Numbered from the stretch's first letter, positions 1 to 13,186 are shown. The stretch: DNA of 64,000 nucleotides from Eledone cirrhosa (GCA_964016885.1 OZ024742.1:26040001-26104000); one strand, 5' to 3'. Numbers and translations: made by a program. The notes: generated from the sequence alone by a model not told the origin.

Positions 1-36
1 GAGATGTCTGAATCTACAACAAATACTATGATAGAA

Positions 37-126
37 GTAGTGGTAGTAGTGGTGGCGGTATTGTTAGTAGTAGTAGTGGTAGTACTAGTAGTGGTAGTGG
101 TAATAGTAGTAGTAGTAATGATGGCC

Positions 127-172
<46 letters not shown>

Positions 173-192
173 GTGGTAGCAGTAGCAGTAGC
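37..192. repeat. (GTA)n trinucleotide microsatellite
   Basis: Direct GTA/GTG repeats; these explain the poly-V and poly-L ORFs. Confidence 0.95.
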
Positions 193-197
193 ATACA

Positions 198-530
198 GCA
201 ATTTTGTGAAAGGAGAAAGTCAAGTATTTCAACCGCAATATTTTCTGTTCGTATAGTTTTGTTGACCCTGGAAGGAAGAGAAGCAAAAATGACCTCGGCT
301 GGTTTAGAACTCATTCTATCAACTCTAAGAATCCACCGGCCTTAATACCTAATAGTGTATTGATTAGGTAAATGGTTAACGATTTTAGGGATACGGCAAA
401 GTCAATTATATCAACACCCATTAATTAACTGGTGGTAACTTATCATGAAACAATGAAAGGCAGACTTAACCTTAGCAGATTTGAACTCGTAGCGTGAAGA
501 GCCGGTATTCATTAGGACATGTTTCCTGCC
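198..530 (-). mobile_element. Two degenerate tRNA-derived SINE copies
   Basis: Degenerate matches to the window's SINE (gaaaggca...aacct...gatttgaactc) at ~265-312 and ~455-490. Confidence 0.45.
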
Positions 531-719
531 AATGTATACTGCATTTAGCAATTATCTTTTAAATTATCATATCAAATGTTAAAACCAATCAGCAGGAAAC
601 AAAACAGTGCAATCAAATTTTTGGTGAAAAATATTTTACCTTCTCCGATAAAAATTATTCTTTTTCGAAATCCAGAGACTTTCAATAATGACCATTGGTC
701 TTTCACTGCTGTCACTCAG

Positions 720-758
<39 letters not shown>

Positions 759-1103
759 CCATTACAACTCGCGAGGCTCACGCATGCGGCTGGCCACCTC
801 AACGCTTATGGTGGTGAGTTGGGAGGTAGCCCTAGGGCCAAGGAAACCAAAAAGTCTCCACTGCCAAGGGTATGAGCGCGAACTTGTCGGAGAGCGATCG
901 GTACTTGTAGAGTTTGGCCTCCTCAGCCCGAAGTACAGCAGAACCTGGGTTAGTACATTCTACTAAATCTAAAGTTTAGTGTAATCATTCATGCATTCAA
1001 ACATGCATATACAGACACACACATAAAGGCATGCATATTTATATATATATATGTGAGTGTGTGGGGCGGGCGTGTATATATGTATATATATATATATATA
1101 TAT

Positions 1104-1228
1104 GTAAGTCCAAAGAATCATTAGATAAAATATAATATATACAGTATTTCCTCTCCCAATCAGTATAAATTAACCACACACAAAATCATATAAACGAATC
1201 TATAAGTTAAAAATGCACTTATGAAGAA
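1104..1228 (-). mobile_element. (TA)n-flanked element tail, family M
   Basis: Reverse complement matches 62503-62592 (tgtgtggtt...ttgggagagga.atact...atgattct.tggac). Confidence 0.6.
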
Positions 1229-1244
1229 ATATATATATATATAT

Positions 1245-1433
1245 AACGAAGGAAAAGTGGTAAGGAACCAGGTGGACCATAACGCACCAAAGTACTCAAT
1301 ACTTGAGGTAGTAGAGTGGGTAATAGGAACCAGTAAGACCCCGACAGCTGAGCTCAAGCCGTCTCGACGGCTAATTCAGTCCAGAATTAGCCGTCGAAAC
1401 GGCTTGAGCTCAGCTGTCGGGGTCTTACTGGTT

Positions 1434-1437
<4 letters not shown>
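1245..1437 (-). mobile_element. Family A fold-back mini-element, copy 1
   Basis: Asymmetric palindrome centred at ~1380 between (TA)n tracts; carries the HHR 3' half GAAACGGCTTGAGCTCAGCYGTC-GGGG. Confidence 0.9.
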
Positions 1438-1480
<43 letters not shown>

Positions 1481-1597
1481 GCCCGCCCCACACACGCACA
1501 TATATATATATAAATATGCATGCCTTTATGTGTGTGTCTGTATATGCATGTTTGAATGCATGAATGATTACACTAAACTTTAGATTTAGTAGAATGT

Positions 1598-1990
1598 ACT
1601 AACCCAGGTTCTGCTGCACTTCGGGCTGAGGAGGCCAAACTCTACAAGTACCGATCGCTCTCCGACAAGTTCGCGCTCATACCCTTGGCAGTGGAGACTT
1701 TTTGGTTTCCTTGGCCCTAGGGCTACCTCCCAACTTACCACCATAAGCGTTGAGGTGGCCAGCCGCATGCGTGAGCCTCGCGAGTTGTAATGGCTCTTCC
1801 AGCGCATCTCCCTTACCATCCTCCGGGGTAACGCCTGCTCCATTCTGTCTGCCGGGGTTGTGGGGAGGTCAACACGTGGGACCCCATCTGTTCACCATAC
1901 AGAGAGATGGGGAGGGCGAGAGAGATGGAGGAGGTGACAGTGGGAGTTCGGCTCTTCCACCTTCGGACCATATCCTTGTGTTTGTGTTCA
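1598..1990 (+). pseudogene. 3' end of a CRE-type (RLE) non-LTR retrotransposon; partial inverted copy at 755-957
   Basis: With one frameshift and one stop it reads SAALRAEEAKLYKYRSLSDKFALIPLAVETFGFLGPRA...WLFQRISLTILRGNACSIL, the AExxKxxKY...PLAxETxG...QRxS...RGNA restriction-like endonuclease signature. Confidence 0.8.
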
Positions 1991-2040
1991 CTATCTATAG
2001 AGATCACACACCTCAACAAGTGTGTGTATACAGCAATTGT

Positions 2041-2286
2041 AAAATCATATATTTTGGTGTCCATGAATTCTCTGGCGAATTGGTTGACCAAACACTTTGC
2101 TTAATTGTTTTATTTGTTTTAAAAAGAAATGATTCTTTTTCTTAGATTCCAGGTATTATTTGAAAGCAAAGTATTGGCCCCTAAAAAACTACAGCGGACC
2201 CTGCAGTGCTATGCGGGTAGCCGCAATGCTACGGTGCCCCCCTGGGGACCACGTGCCATTGGGCAACCTGGAAAATCCGCCATTAT
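2041..2286. mobile_element. End of a non-autonomous DNA transposon (hAT-like), copy 1
   Basis: Homologous to 3482-3735. Confidence 0.55.
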
Positions 2287-2303
2287 ATAAATATTTATAT
2301 ATA

Positions 2304-2706
2304 TGCAGAAGTTATATTTAATTTTTTGGGATTCCAGCAAGCTTAACAGTTTCTAACTAACATAAAGCACTCAACAGGAAAAACTGGAGTAAATATTCAA
2401 TATATTAATAAATGGAAACTATATTTATAAAACCATAATTATTTTATTATATATATTTCAAGGACAAACAAGGCATTCTTGGTGCGCTTTCATCAGATAA
2501 AATACAAGATTTGTTTTATAAATATTGACACAACCAGTGAACTTTCAACCGTCAAGGTTCTTTTTTCCACGGTTATGTCAATATTTATAAAACAAATCTT
2601 GTATTTTATCTGATGAAAGCGCACCAAGTATGCCTTGATTGTCCTTGAAATATATATAATAAAATAATTATGGTTTTATAAATATAGTTTCCATTTATTA
2701 ATATAT
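2304..2706 (-). mobile_element. Family B fold-back element with an HHR in each arm
   Basis: Inverted arms ~2400-2535 and 2571-2706, plus an unpaired tail at 2304-2400 homologous to 11975-12065; TA-flanked. Confidence 0.9.
2602..2666 (+). ncRNA. Type I hammerhead ribozyme motif (mirror copy on - at ~2439-2503)
   Basis: TATTTTAT-CTGATGA-AAG...CTT-GAAA-TATATA-TA-ATAAAATA: 8-bp stem I, intact core, palindromic minimal stem III. Confidence 0.8.
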
Positions 2707-2758
<52 letters not shown>

Positions 2759-2893
2759 CATTCAACAATTAAACACACATAGGAATAATATGGTTGTTAC
2801 CAAAGAGCCAGAAGTTTGACAAGTCGACCATAAATATTACTAATAGTTCTAGGAAAGCCATGAACCGACACCACAGCTTCAATTTAACTTTGA

Positions 2894-3198
2894 TTTTGAA
2901 AGTAGGTTTATAATTATTAATTTTCATCATAATTTTGTAGCTGTGTTGATAGCCTAGTTGGAAGAATCATAGACGGTGGTGATCCTCGTCTGAAGTTCGA
3001 TCCTGGTCGGGAGTAGGTTTCCTGGTAAAACTTTTCCGGTTTTTTTCTATGGGATGTAAAAAAAAAACTGAAAAAGGTTACACGTACCTCCTGACCAGGA
3101 TTGAAACCAAGACCAGGATCTCCACTACCTACCACTAGACCACTGAGACAGCTACGAAGATCTACTAAAAATTCATACTAATAAACCTACTTTCAAAA
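2894..3198. mobile_element. Fold-back element with a tRNA-like head in each arm
   Basis: Perfect 18-bp terminal IR ttttgaaagtaggtttat; imperfect arms carry A-box-like (tagcctagttgg / tggtctagtgg) and B-box-like (gttcgatcc / gtttcaatcc) motifs. Confidence 0.65.
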
Positions 3199-3481
3199 TG
3201 TTCAATACAAAATGATGTGGTGTCGTTCATGTCTTTCTTAATGTTATTGCTCCTACATAAGGTCAAGACTAAATCATTTGGGACTTCCATAAACTACATC
3301 CTCGTTTTGTTTCTCATCTATCTAGAAAATATTTTAACCTGTAATCCATGTTTTATTTCTGTTGCACGTCATCCAACCCCATTTCTCTCTTTCTTTCTCT
3401 CTGTGATATTTGATCTACTATGATTTGGGCTTATCTTATATATATATATATATGTTTTTGAATCTCAAGTTCAAACTTTCA

Positions 3482-3735
3482 CTATCATATATTTTGGTTT
3501 CTATTAATTCCCTGGGTAATTGGTTGAACAAATGCTTTGCTTAATTGTTGTATTTATTATTTTTTTTAAATTAATCTTTCTCTAAGATTTCAGCTATTTT
3601 TCGAAAGCAAAGCATTGGCCTCTAAAATACTACTGTGGGCCGTGCAATGCTACTCTGGGCCTCCGCAATGTACCGTGGGGCCCCTGAGGCTCACTTGCCA
3701 CTGGGCAACCTGACAACCTGGCCAGTCCGCTACTG
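3482..3735. mobile_element. End of a non-autonomous DNA transposon (hAT-like), copy 2
   Basis: Homologous to 2041-2286; the terminus reads CAGTAGCGGACTGGCC on the minus strand, typical of CAG-starting hAT-type MITE ends. Confidence 0.55.
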
Positions 3736-3745
3736 TATATATATA

Positions 3746-3871
3746 TAGGAAAATGTTTAAGAGCATTGCCGTCGGAGTTTTGAACATTTTCCTATTACCC
3801 AATCTACTACACTAAGTATTGAGTACTCAGGTGCGTTATGGTCCACCTGGTTCCTTACCACACTTCCTTCG

Positions 3872-3873
<2 letters not shown>
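3746..3873 (+). mobile_element. Family A mini-element, copy 2 (internally deleted)
   Basis: Short arm taggaaaatgtt; long arm ...cctattaccc...ttgagtactc...ttccttcgtt(TA)n. Confidence 0.85.
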
Positions 3874-3934
<61 letters not shown>

Positions 3935-4538
3935 CGTGTGTGCGTCTATGTGAGTGTGTGTGAGTGTGTGTGAGTGTGTGAGTGTGTGTGTGTGTGTGTG
4001 TATCTCCGTAAATACTATGTGAATGAATTAAACAGATTTATATATTTAAGAACAACACACAAATACAGTGTTTGCTTACATACAAACTCGTTATAGCTTC
4101 ATATAAAATATGTAGTTTGTGTATAGGTATGGGTTTATTGTAAACCCCACCTACGAGATGGGACATGTCTATTAAAGAGACGCCGTCGTTTATAAAATAA
4201 ATATGCTGTCCACAAAAACACAGTTAACGTTAACTGAGTCGATACGAAACTGCATGAGGTTGCGAACCAACATTATTTCCATTAATTATTCACTACTCAT
4301 ATATATAAATATATGTATATGCAGCTTTCTTCCGTGAATAAACATAATATAATATAATATATATATATATATATATATCTGTGTATGTGTGTGTGTGTGT
4401 GTGTGTGCGAGTGCGGTTTGTTTCGTGGACGAATATAAGATATGATACAATATAACACACACACACACACACACCCACACACACACACGTATATATATAT
4501 ATGCGGTTTTTCTCCGTGTGTGAATATAATATAATATA

Positions 4539-4915
<377 letters not shown>

Positions 4916-5641
4916 GCAAGCATAAAATGACCTCTACTTCACATGAAACCTAATCCTTGCTGATGAGATAAATCCAGTGAATATAGACCATTATTATTGG
5001 AATGACCAACCATCAACAACAACCCCAGGATTTGCCTAATTGGACAAACGCCAATAAAATATTCCTCAGTCTCCCCCTCTCTCTCTTATCTAGAATTGAT
5101 TTTTCTCTCTGAGAAAATCAAATCCCGCAGTTCCTAAAAATAAACGGTCATAAAAATGACTCCTGTAGCAATCCAGAAGTAGTGAGGATATATTAGGATG
5201 GTGCAGAATCGATAGCTAGACAGACAAACAAACAGTTATAAATATATATATATAAACAAAACCATCATAAACATCATACATACATACACACACATGTACA
5301 AATACTGAAGTACATACTTACACACTCTCACTCTCACACGGATAGATGTACGTAAAGGGACATTCACATACACAGAGAGAGATTGTGACAAACAGACAGA
5401 TATAAATATATATATATATATATATATACATATATATAAATAAGCATCATTAACACAGTTACCACGAAGAAGACACACATATACAAACGTGCATACACAC
5501 AACCACAATCTCTCAAAGATAGATGTACTTCGATGCTCATTCTTGTGTATACGCAGAGACAAAGAAACGGATATAAACACATACACACACACATACACAT
5601 ATACACACACACATATATATATATATATGTATATATATATG

Positions 5642-5728
<87 letters not shown>

Positions 5729-6859
5729 ATATATATATATCATAAACACAGATGCAGCTACGTACAGACTTACTAGTGCATACACACACACCCTCACTCT
5801 CTCAGAGATAGTTATGCCTAGATTCTTATTCATATGCATGCACATATATATATATATATAAATATATATATATACATATATACACACACAGACAAACTAA
5901 CAGATATAAATATAGACATAAACATCATAAAAATAGATAATCAGACACACACACACTCTCACGAACAAACTCTCACTCTCTCTCACGGATAGATATACAT
6001 AGATGCACATTCATATGTCGGGCCACACACACACACACACAATACAAACACACATAAATATAAAGATAAGCATCCTAAACAGATACCCCCCCACACACAC
6101 GCGCGCACACACATATACTCTCTATCTGCCTCTCGCAGTTAGATACCCATTGATCCACATGCACACACACATATACAAGTAAATAAATACAATTTCTCAC
6201 TCTCTCATGGATAGATATACATAGAGACACATTTATATGTACGTACACAAACACACACAGATACACAGATATAAGTATATATATAAACAGCATAAACATA
6301 GATACACACATACACATACGTACATACACAGTAATGCATACAAACAAACACTCTCACTCACAGATAGATGTACATAAAGACATTTGCATACAGCCAAACA
6401 CGCACAGACGATAACAAACATGTAAATATGGAATCAATTTAGATCGGAGAATCACGGGTTCAAAATTAACAAGATTTAAATTATTTTGTTTTTTATTTCA
6501 AAATTATTCTGTGGATGTATAAGATATTTACATCCCCGACACAATGTTTTATTTCCAGAGACAGCTCACCTGATTTTATCAGCTTTTAGTTATAGTGATC
6601 CACTGTTATTACCATCATTTACGTGAGGACGCACACACTGCAAACATAAATTTATAATTACATAATTTGTTCAGTTGCTTTAGGCTACTTACATTGTCTG
6701 TCTAATAAGGTAACATGTCATGGTTATCTATCGTTAACTGAATATTCCAACAATGGACGACATATTTATAGACGATGCAGTAATTGCCTGACAGAACAGG
6801 GTAGCTCTGGCTGTTAACTGTGTAAGTTCTTCCACCCAATGACTTGTGTGTATCAATTG

Positions 6860-7095
6860 GCAGAAGCAGATAGCAGCTTCGTTACCTAAACAGACAAACC
6901 TATCATGCAGCTTCCGAAGGCTTTAACCTGACCCTGGCTTGCGGATATTTCCTCATTGAGGTTTACCTCTCTAGGGTAATTATTTTAGTCTGGCCCTTAA
7001 CCTGTATGGCATGGATGGCCCTTCCGGGAGATGAAATCCAGCCAGTATAGTTCTTTGCACCATTGGCAAACGCAAGCCAAGCGAACATGACAAAA
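6860..7095 (-). mobile_element. RTE-clade LINE 5' UTR-like segment
   Basis: cccttaacctgtatggcatggatggccct...gccagtatagttct...attggcaaacgcaagcc...atgacaa resembles, from memory, the reverse complement of invertebrate RTE leaders. Confidence 0.5.
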
Positions 7096-7099
7096 TAAT

Positions 7100-7402
7100 A
7101 ATCATGGGCACTCTACGAATGAATACTTCCATGGTAATTTACCACCCATATCATACGTCAACAGTGAAAGAACAAGATTCACTGGACATTGCTGCAGAGC
7201 AGAGGATGAGATCATGAGCGATGTTCGTCTTTGGGAACTGAAGCAGAGGTTCGCCAATGATGGTAGACAACATTGAACCTACATGAAGCGACAGTACGAA
7301 GATTCAGAGTATACTCTACAAACTCAACCAAGATGATAACAGATCGAACAGATTTGAGAGAACGAGTCATGTTGTTCCATGCAATAAGCAAGCCCGGATG
7401 AT
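7100..7402 (+). pseudogene. RTE-clade LINE 3' coding end
   Basis: Degenerate HGNLPPIS...RTRFTGHCCRAEDEIMSDVRLW...GR...TY...MITDR...RERV, an RTE C-terminal signature, followed by a GATG-type tail. Confidence 0.7.
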
Positions 7403-7716
7403 GGATGGAGATAATGGTGATGAAGATGACATTAACAAATTACTTCACTATCATCCAGAAAACCATCAACCTACATTTTTGCTAAGTTAATTGCAGACAG
7501 GTCATTTATAATCACAGTGAGGACATCATTGCATGGGTCGTAATTTGTTGTTAATTCCTCACTAAAGCTGGGTTTCTTTTATATTCTTCAAGCATCATAA
7601 CTAAGATTTCTGGTCGTGAGGGAGGTATAAGCATTTATGTGTATGTATGTATGTATGTATGTATGTATGTATGTATGTATGTATGTATGTATGTATGTAT
7701 GTATGTATGTATGTAT

Positions 7717-8303
7717 GTCGAGTCACTCTTGAGTGCTACTAGTAACATGTAACCCAGTACAAGCTGTCGAATGGTTGGGTCGTCGGCGACTAAACCGGCA
7801 ACCCCACCAAGTTTCCTTGGTGAGGAGGGTGATTTTGGACACCCTGAAAGATAAAAAACAAAACCTGACAAAGGGCGGAAGAACTCATAAGAGTCAACAG
7901 CCATCCAAAAGTGTGTAAATATGTATATACACATGTACATATGTATGTATATGCACGGGGACATAGAAATAGTCGGGCTGGACACCCGATCACGCGGTTA
8001 AACCACTGGGAATGAAGGACCCCTAGTATTGGTCACGGCATTCTTCTAGGAGAAGGCAACGCAGGAAACTGGGATAACTCCGATATAAAACCTGCGGCTC
8101 AGTAGTTACTGATGATGTTGATCTTTTCTTCTTTTCGAGTTATAGCTACTGTCGCTCAGAGAGTGGGATTGGCTCAGTGCACAGTCTTTCCTCACTTTAG
8201 AAAATATCTTTACGCACAGGCATTGCACGATAGAATTAATTAATAATTATTATTAATGGTATATCGTGCAATGGTCATACTCGATAACGAGGGGGCAGAG
8301 ATC
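7717..8303 (+). mobile_element. Non-autonomous element within a (TATG)n microsatellite
   Basis: ~590-bp GC-richer non-coding block with (TATG)n on both sides (7636-7716, 8304-8372); contains RTE-leader-like motifs ggttgggtc...aaccccacc and ctaggagaaggcaa...ctccgatataaaacc. Confidence 0.55.
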
Positions 8304-8633
8304 ATGTATGTATGTATGTATGTATGTATGTATGTATGTATGTATGTATGTATGTATGTATGTATGTATGTATGCATGTATATATATATATATATATATG
8401 TATTTTATAAACAGCAATCAAAGAGTGTGTAGAACATTTATAAATGTATATATAGTTGCGAGAGAGAGGGAAAGAGAGAGCAGTATAAACCTGACTGCAT
8501 TGAATACTCACATGAATTGTGGTCTCACCGGTCATAGTACAGCAGACACTTCCTCTCTCCCTCTCTCTCTCTCACTCCCTCTCTATATCTTTGTCTCTCT
8601 CTCTCTAACGCACACGCACACACACACACATAC

Positions 8634-8683
<50 letters not shown>

Positions 8684-8891
8684 ATTTATTGGTAGATTGA
8701 AATATGTGTGTGTGCATTCTCTGTACGCGCGTCTGCGTTTTTATATACTTATATATGCATACAGAGTGACCGGAAAGTGAGAGATTATATATATCAGCAT
8801 CATTAATTCATTTAGTTTTAAAATACAAAATCAAATACACACAAATACTAAATTAAAATGATAATAATTCACAATATATATACATATATAG

Positions 8892-8931
<40 letters not shown>

Positions 8932-8942
8932 ACACACACATG

Positions 8943-8980
<38 letters not shown>

Positions 8981-9430
8981 TTTCAACTTTTCCAACTTTT
9001 TGGCAATCACGAAATACACCAACAGGAATATTGTTTGTATGTTTTCAGTTTATTTAGTGTCAGTGAAACTACAGTCTGACTATAAGCATTGTAACGTTAA
9101 TGTGGGAAAAAGGAATATTTAATAGTGTTTAATATGTAGAATTGTTTAAATATTAAAGAATTCTGATGCACCATATGTATCATACGCTATTACCCCAGTG
9201 ATTGTCAGCATGCTTAATAGTGGAATAAAAATATATGTGGTGAGAAGAAAAACAAAATTAGTAGATGATTTAATTATTTTATCACTCCCTATTGAAAGTA
9301 TGGGCAAAAATACATCAGACAATCTGCTCTTCTGAACACAAATGTATATTGAACATTCGAATATTTACACACGTGGTCAACACACTCAGCACATAACTAA
9401 TGACAGTGCATAAATGCACACTATTCATGC

Positions 9431-9529
<99 letters not shown>

Positions 9530-9664
9530 TACGTGTCTATAATGTTAGCTATGGTGCTTCCATAGGCGGTATGGCAAAATTAGCACTCAATATTCTTACA
9601 GAGCAGAGTCTGAATAGTATAAAAAAACGAAAAGTCAGTGATGCATCTGGACTCAGTTTATTGC

Positions 9665-9753
9665 GTGTTACAATTGTTTCGCCGGCAGGTAGCTTGAGAC
9701 ATGATCACTGTATGGATCTGGCTGATTCTGCGCCTGCAGGTTCCTTCGGACAC
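9665..9753 (-). ncRNA. Degenerate HHR motif of a TA-anchored element (tail to ~9530)
   Basis: GTGT-CCGAAGG (core with two transitions)-..CCTGCAGG[43 nt]CCTGCCGGC-GAAAC-AATT-GTA-ACAC; downstream ACTC...ATTGAGTGCT tail motif. Confidence 0.55.
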
Positions 9754-10012
9754 ATGCAATTCTTTCGGGGCAAATTTTCTCACTGGGGTGTTATCATAAA
9801 AAAAACACCTTCAAAAAACATCTTCCACTCTTTTCATGCCATTGGCTGTTGTTTTTCTACATCATCATAAATTCTGGTCACTATTTCCTGCAACACTGGT
9901 CATCAGCCATTTTCCGTCCGACACACTTCAATGGAGCCAGGGGTTTGGTATTTCACGCGTCTGTTCACACTCCCGAGTATGTACCCAGATATATACACAC
10001 ACACACACATAT

Positions 10013-10049
<37 letters not shown>

Positions 10050-10219
10050 TAGTGTGTGTGTGTGTGTATATATGTATTTTAAAGTTAAAGAGAAACAACA
10101 CAATCGGTACAGTAGACATAAGGGATATATTAGGATCACGCTTGAAATAGCAGGAAGTGGGTCTTAACGTTTAGGATGCTAGTCCTTCATCTGAAGAAAT
10201 AATGAGAAATCAACTAGAT

Positions 10220-10312
10220 TGAAGGGACGGGCGGGGTTCAAATCCCACTCAGATCAACTTTTCTTTTCACCTTTTTAGGTCGATAAAAAGAGTACCACTC
10301 TATTACTGGGAA
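10220..10312 (+). mobile_element. tRNA-derived SINE fragment
   Basis: B box gggttcaaatccc followed by ggtcgataaaaagagtacca. Confidence 0.6.
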
Positions 10313-10569
10313 TGATACTTCCTATATATCTCTCTTTAATTTCATCATTTTATCACTTTCTCTCTCTGGAATAAATCAGCCGTTCAACTTCATGCACAGA
10401 GCATGGGTTGAATCGAAATTTTGTTAAATATTTTATAACGCAGCTGGTTGTAATTTGAAGGTGCATAACTGCAAATTGGTGGAATTGTAAGGGTGACGTA
10501 GTAGCATGCATCTTTTCGCAGGAATATAAAACATTGTGGAACTCTTCCTCAACTGGTCTGAACACAATA

Positions 10570-10810
10570 GATTTCTTCCATACAAGGATTTAACATGGGG
10601 GAGAGAAATTGATAAAGAGATACAAAGGAAGTACTGAACCCAGGAGTTGGAGGCTACTATTTTTTTTTCTTTTTAATCGACCACGACAGAATGGATGAAA
10701 TGCAAATTTGACTTCGGCGGGATTTGAAATTAGAGAGCAGATAGATAGAACAAATACGGCAAAGCAATGTATACGACGTTTTCACGACTTTGTCAATTCG
10801 CCACCTTTGA
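10570..10810 (-). mobile_element. Degenerate tRNA-derived SINE
   Basis: atcgacc...ggatgaaatgcaaatttgacttcggcgggatttgaa...tgtcaattcgccacc. Confidence 0.65.
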
Positions 10811-11293
10811 CGAGAAATAAAGTTTAGTTATTTATTTCTTGAACAGTGATGTAATGCTATTTGATATTCACATTAGTACAGGCCTCCTACATTGTATAAC
10901 ATTATGTGGATGGGAGAAGATAATTTTACTATCTTTCCAGTTGATACGTAACATCTGCACTTCTAGTTAAAAGCAATGAATAGTATATGCTCATATATTC
11001 TCTTACGAAGATTGTTACATCGAGGTAAGTGTATACACTTATATATCATTTTTTTTCATTTATCTTCGTCCTTATTCTCAGGCAAGAAACTAATGAGATA
11101 TATATATGTGTGTGTGTGTGTGTTTGCGTGTGTGTACAAGGGTATGGGTGTACGCGATTATTGTGTAACTATTTATTTATAAGTCAAACCATTTTTCAAT
11201 CAGCTACTATCGGTGAGTAATCTTCACTCAAAAAATTGAATCTAGAAATAGTTTGGTGATTTATTAATTAACCTCAGGTATATAGGACCTAAC

Positions 11294-11340
<47 letters not shown>

Positions 11341-11364
11341 TATATATATATATATATTTATAAT

Positions 11365-11399
<35 letters not shown>

Positions 11400-11467
11400 C
11401 TTATATATATATACATATATATATATATGTATATACATTTATATATATAAATATATGTATATTTCTA

Positions 11468-11508
<41 letters not shown>

Positions 11509-11596
11509 TATATATATATACATATGTATATATATATATTTATAAACATATATATACATATATATCTATCTATATATATATATATATATATATATA

Positions 11597-12095
11597 GACG
11601 ATATTAATAAATGGAAACTATATTTAATAAAACCATATTAATTTCATTATACATATTTCAGGGATACAAATTAATTATGGTATGCCTTCATCAGACAAAA
11701 TACAATATATAACAGTTTTACAAATAAGCTTTTACGTACCCTTTTAAAATGCAACCATTATTTTTGGAAGCCATCTGGATAGCTTCCATCCAGATGGCTT
11801 CCAAAAATAATGATTGCATTTTTAAAAGTGGTTACGTCACAGCTTATTTGTAAAACTGTTATATATTGTATTTTGTCTGATGAAGGCATACCCATAATTA
11901 ATTTGGTATCCCTGAATTATGTATAATGAAATAAATATGATTTTATAATATAGTTTCCATTTATTAATATCGTATATCTACTCCAAATACTTGTCGAGTG
12001 CTTTATATCAGTTATAAAAATATTTTACTTGTTGTATCCCAACAATTTTAAATAGAACTTTTGCATTGCTAAAACAATCTCTATACGTCTCATTT
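11597..12095 (+). mobile_element. Family B fold-back element, copy 2, with an HHR in each arm
   Basis: Arms ~11598-11780 and 11787-11975. HHR at 11869-11933: TATTTTGT-CTGATGA-AGG..CCT-GAA(T on +, A on -)-TATGTA-TA-ATGAAATA. Tail runs to ~12095. Confidence 0.9.
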
Positions 12096-12106
12096 ATATA
12101 TATATA

Positions 12107-12155
<49 letters not shown>

Positions 12156-12226
12156 TATGTATATATATATTTTATAAATATATGTATATAATATATATAT
12201 ATATGTGTGTGTGTGTGGTTGTGTGT

Positions 12227-12316
<90 letters not shown>

Positions 12317-12329
12317 GTGTGTGTGTATG

Positions 12330-12360
<31 letters not shown>

Positions 12361-12723
12361 TCTAATCTCTAGATATGCTCGGTACATTTGGTATTTGCTG
12401 GTGGCAAAAAAAAAAAATGTAATGAGAGATAATTTGAAAAATATAAACCAATACATCGCTCACCATTCCACACTAGCAGAAAATAGACAAAAAACAATAA
12501 TAGATTAAACAAAAGTTCTTTGGGATAAATACGGATTGATAGCTTCCTGATGTTCTCTTGTTGTTCTGAAGTTTTTGAAATAAGAAGTAAAAATAAAAAG
12601 ATCTCAGATTGTATTGCCTAAGATAATCATTGAACCTTGCTTATCAATTTTCTATTTTGCATGCCTATTTGAGCAATTTCGAGAATATTTACGAAGTATT
12701 ACAAGAAATAACATGACGAAATA

Positions 12724-12910
12724 ATTGTCTCTACTTTAGGCACAAGGCCAGCAATTACCCAGTGCATTACTGGTACTTTATTTTATCGACCCCATAAGGA
12801 TGAAAGGCAAATTCAACCTCGGGATTTGAACTCAGATCGTAAAGGGGACGTAACTATGCTGGAAAGCATGGCGTCCGACTCTCTACTGATACTGCCAATC
12901 CACCGCCCTT
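12724..12910 (-). mobile_element. tRNA-derived SINE, near full length
   Basis: Minus strand: A box tggcagtatcagtag, B box gagttcaaatcc, central gcctttcatcctt..ggggtcgataaaataaagtaccag, tail ggccttgtgcctaaagtaga. Confidence 0.85.
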
Positions 12911-13061
12911 ACATGACGAAATAATATAACGAAATATAACTAAAATGGGAATTGTAATACATACGTTTTGTATAATTGGTTATCAACGTTGCAACCTCTC
13001 CTACGTCTTAGTTTTATTTATTGTATAATCTACATTCATACCCCCCCCCCCACACACACAG

Positions 13062-13186
<125 letters not shown>

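Larger units (their letters stand above)
755..1797. repeat. ~325-bp inverted duplication (arms 755-1080 and 1472-1797)
   Basis: The arms are reverse complements with ~3 visible substitutions; ORFs 688+ and 1586- share the same peptide. Confidence 0.95.

Noticed and set aside
2948-3012. Functional tRNA gene
   Set aside because: A/B-box-like motifs are present, but there is no coherent cloverleaf.
4955-4990. CTGATGAG...GAAT as an HHR
   Set aside because: No convincing stems I-III.
5236-6421. Numerous YI/CV/HT-repeat ORFs here and across the window
   Set aside because: Translations of (TA)n, (CA)n and (TATG)n low-complexity DNA.
9874-9910. Minus-strand TGG-CTGATGA...GAAA...CCA
   Set aside because: Stem II does not pair and there is no UH before stem I'.
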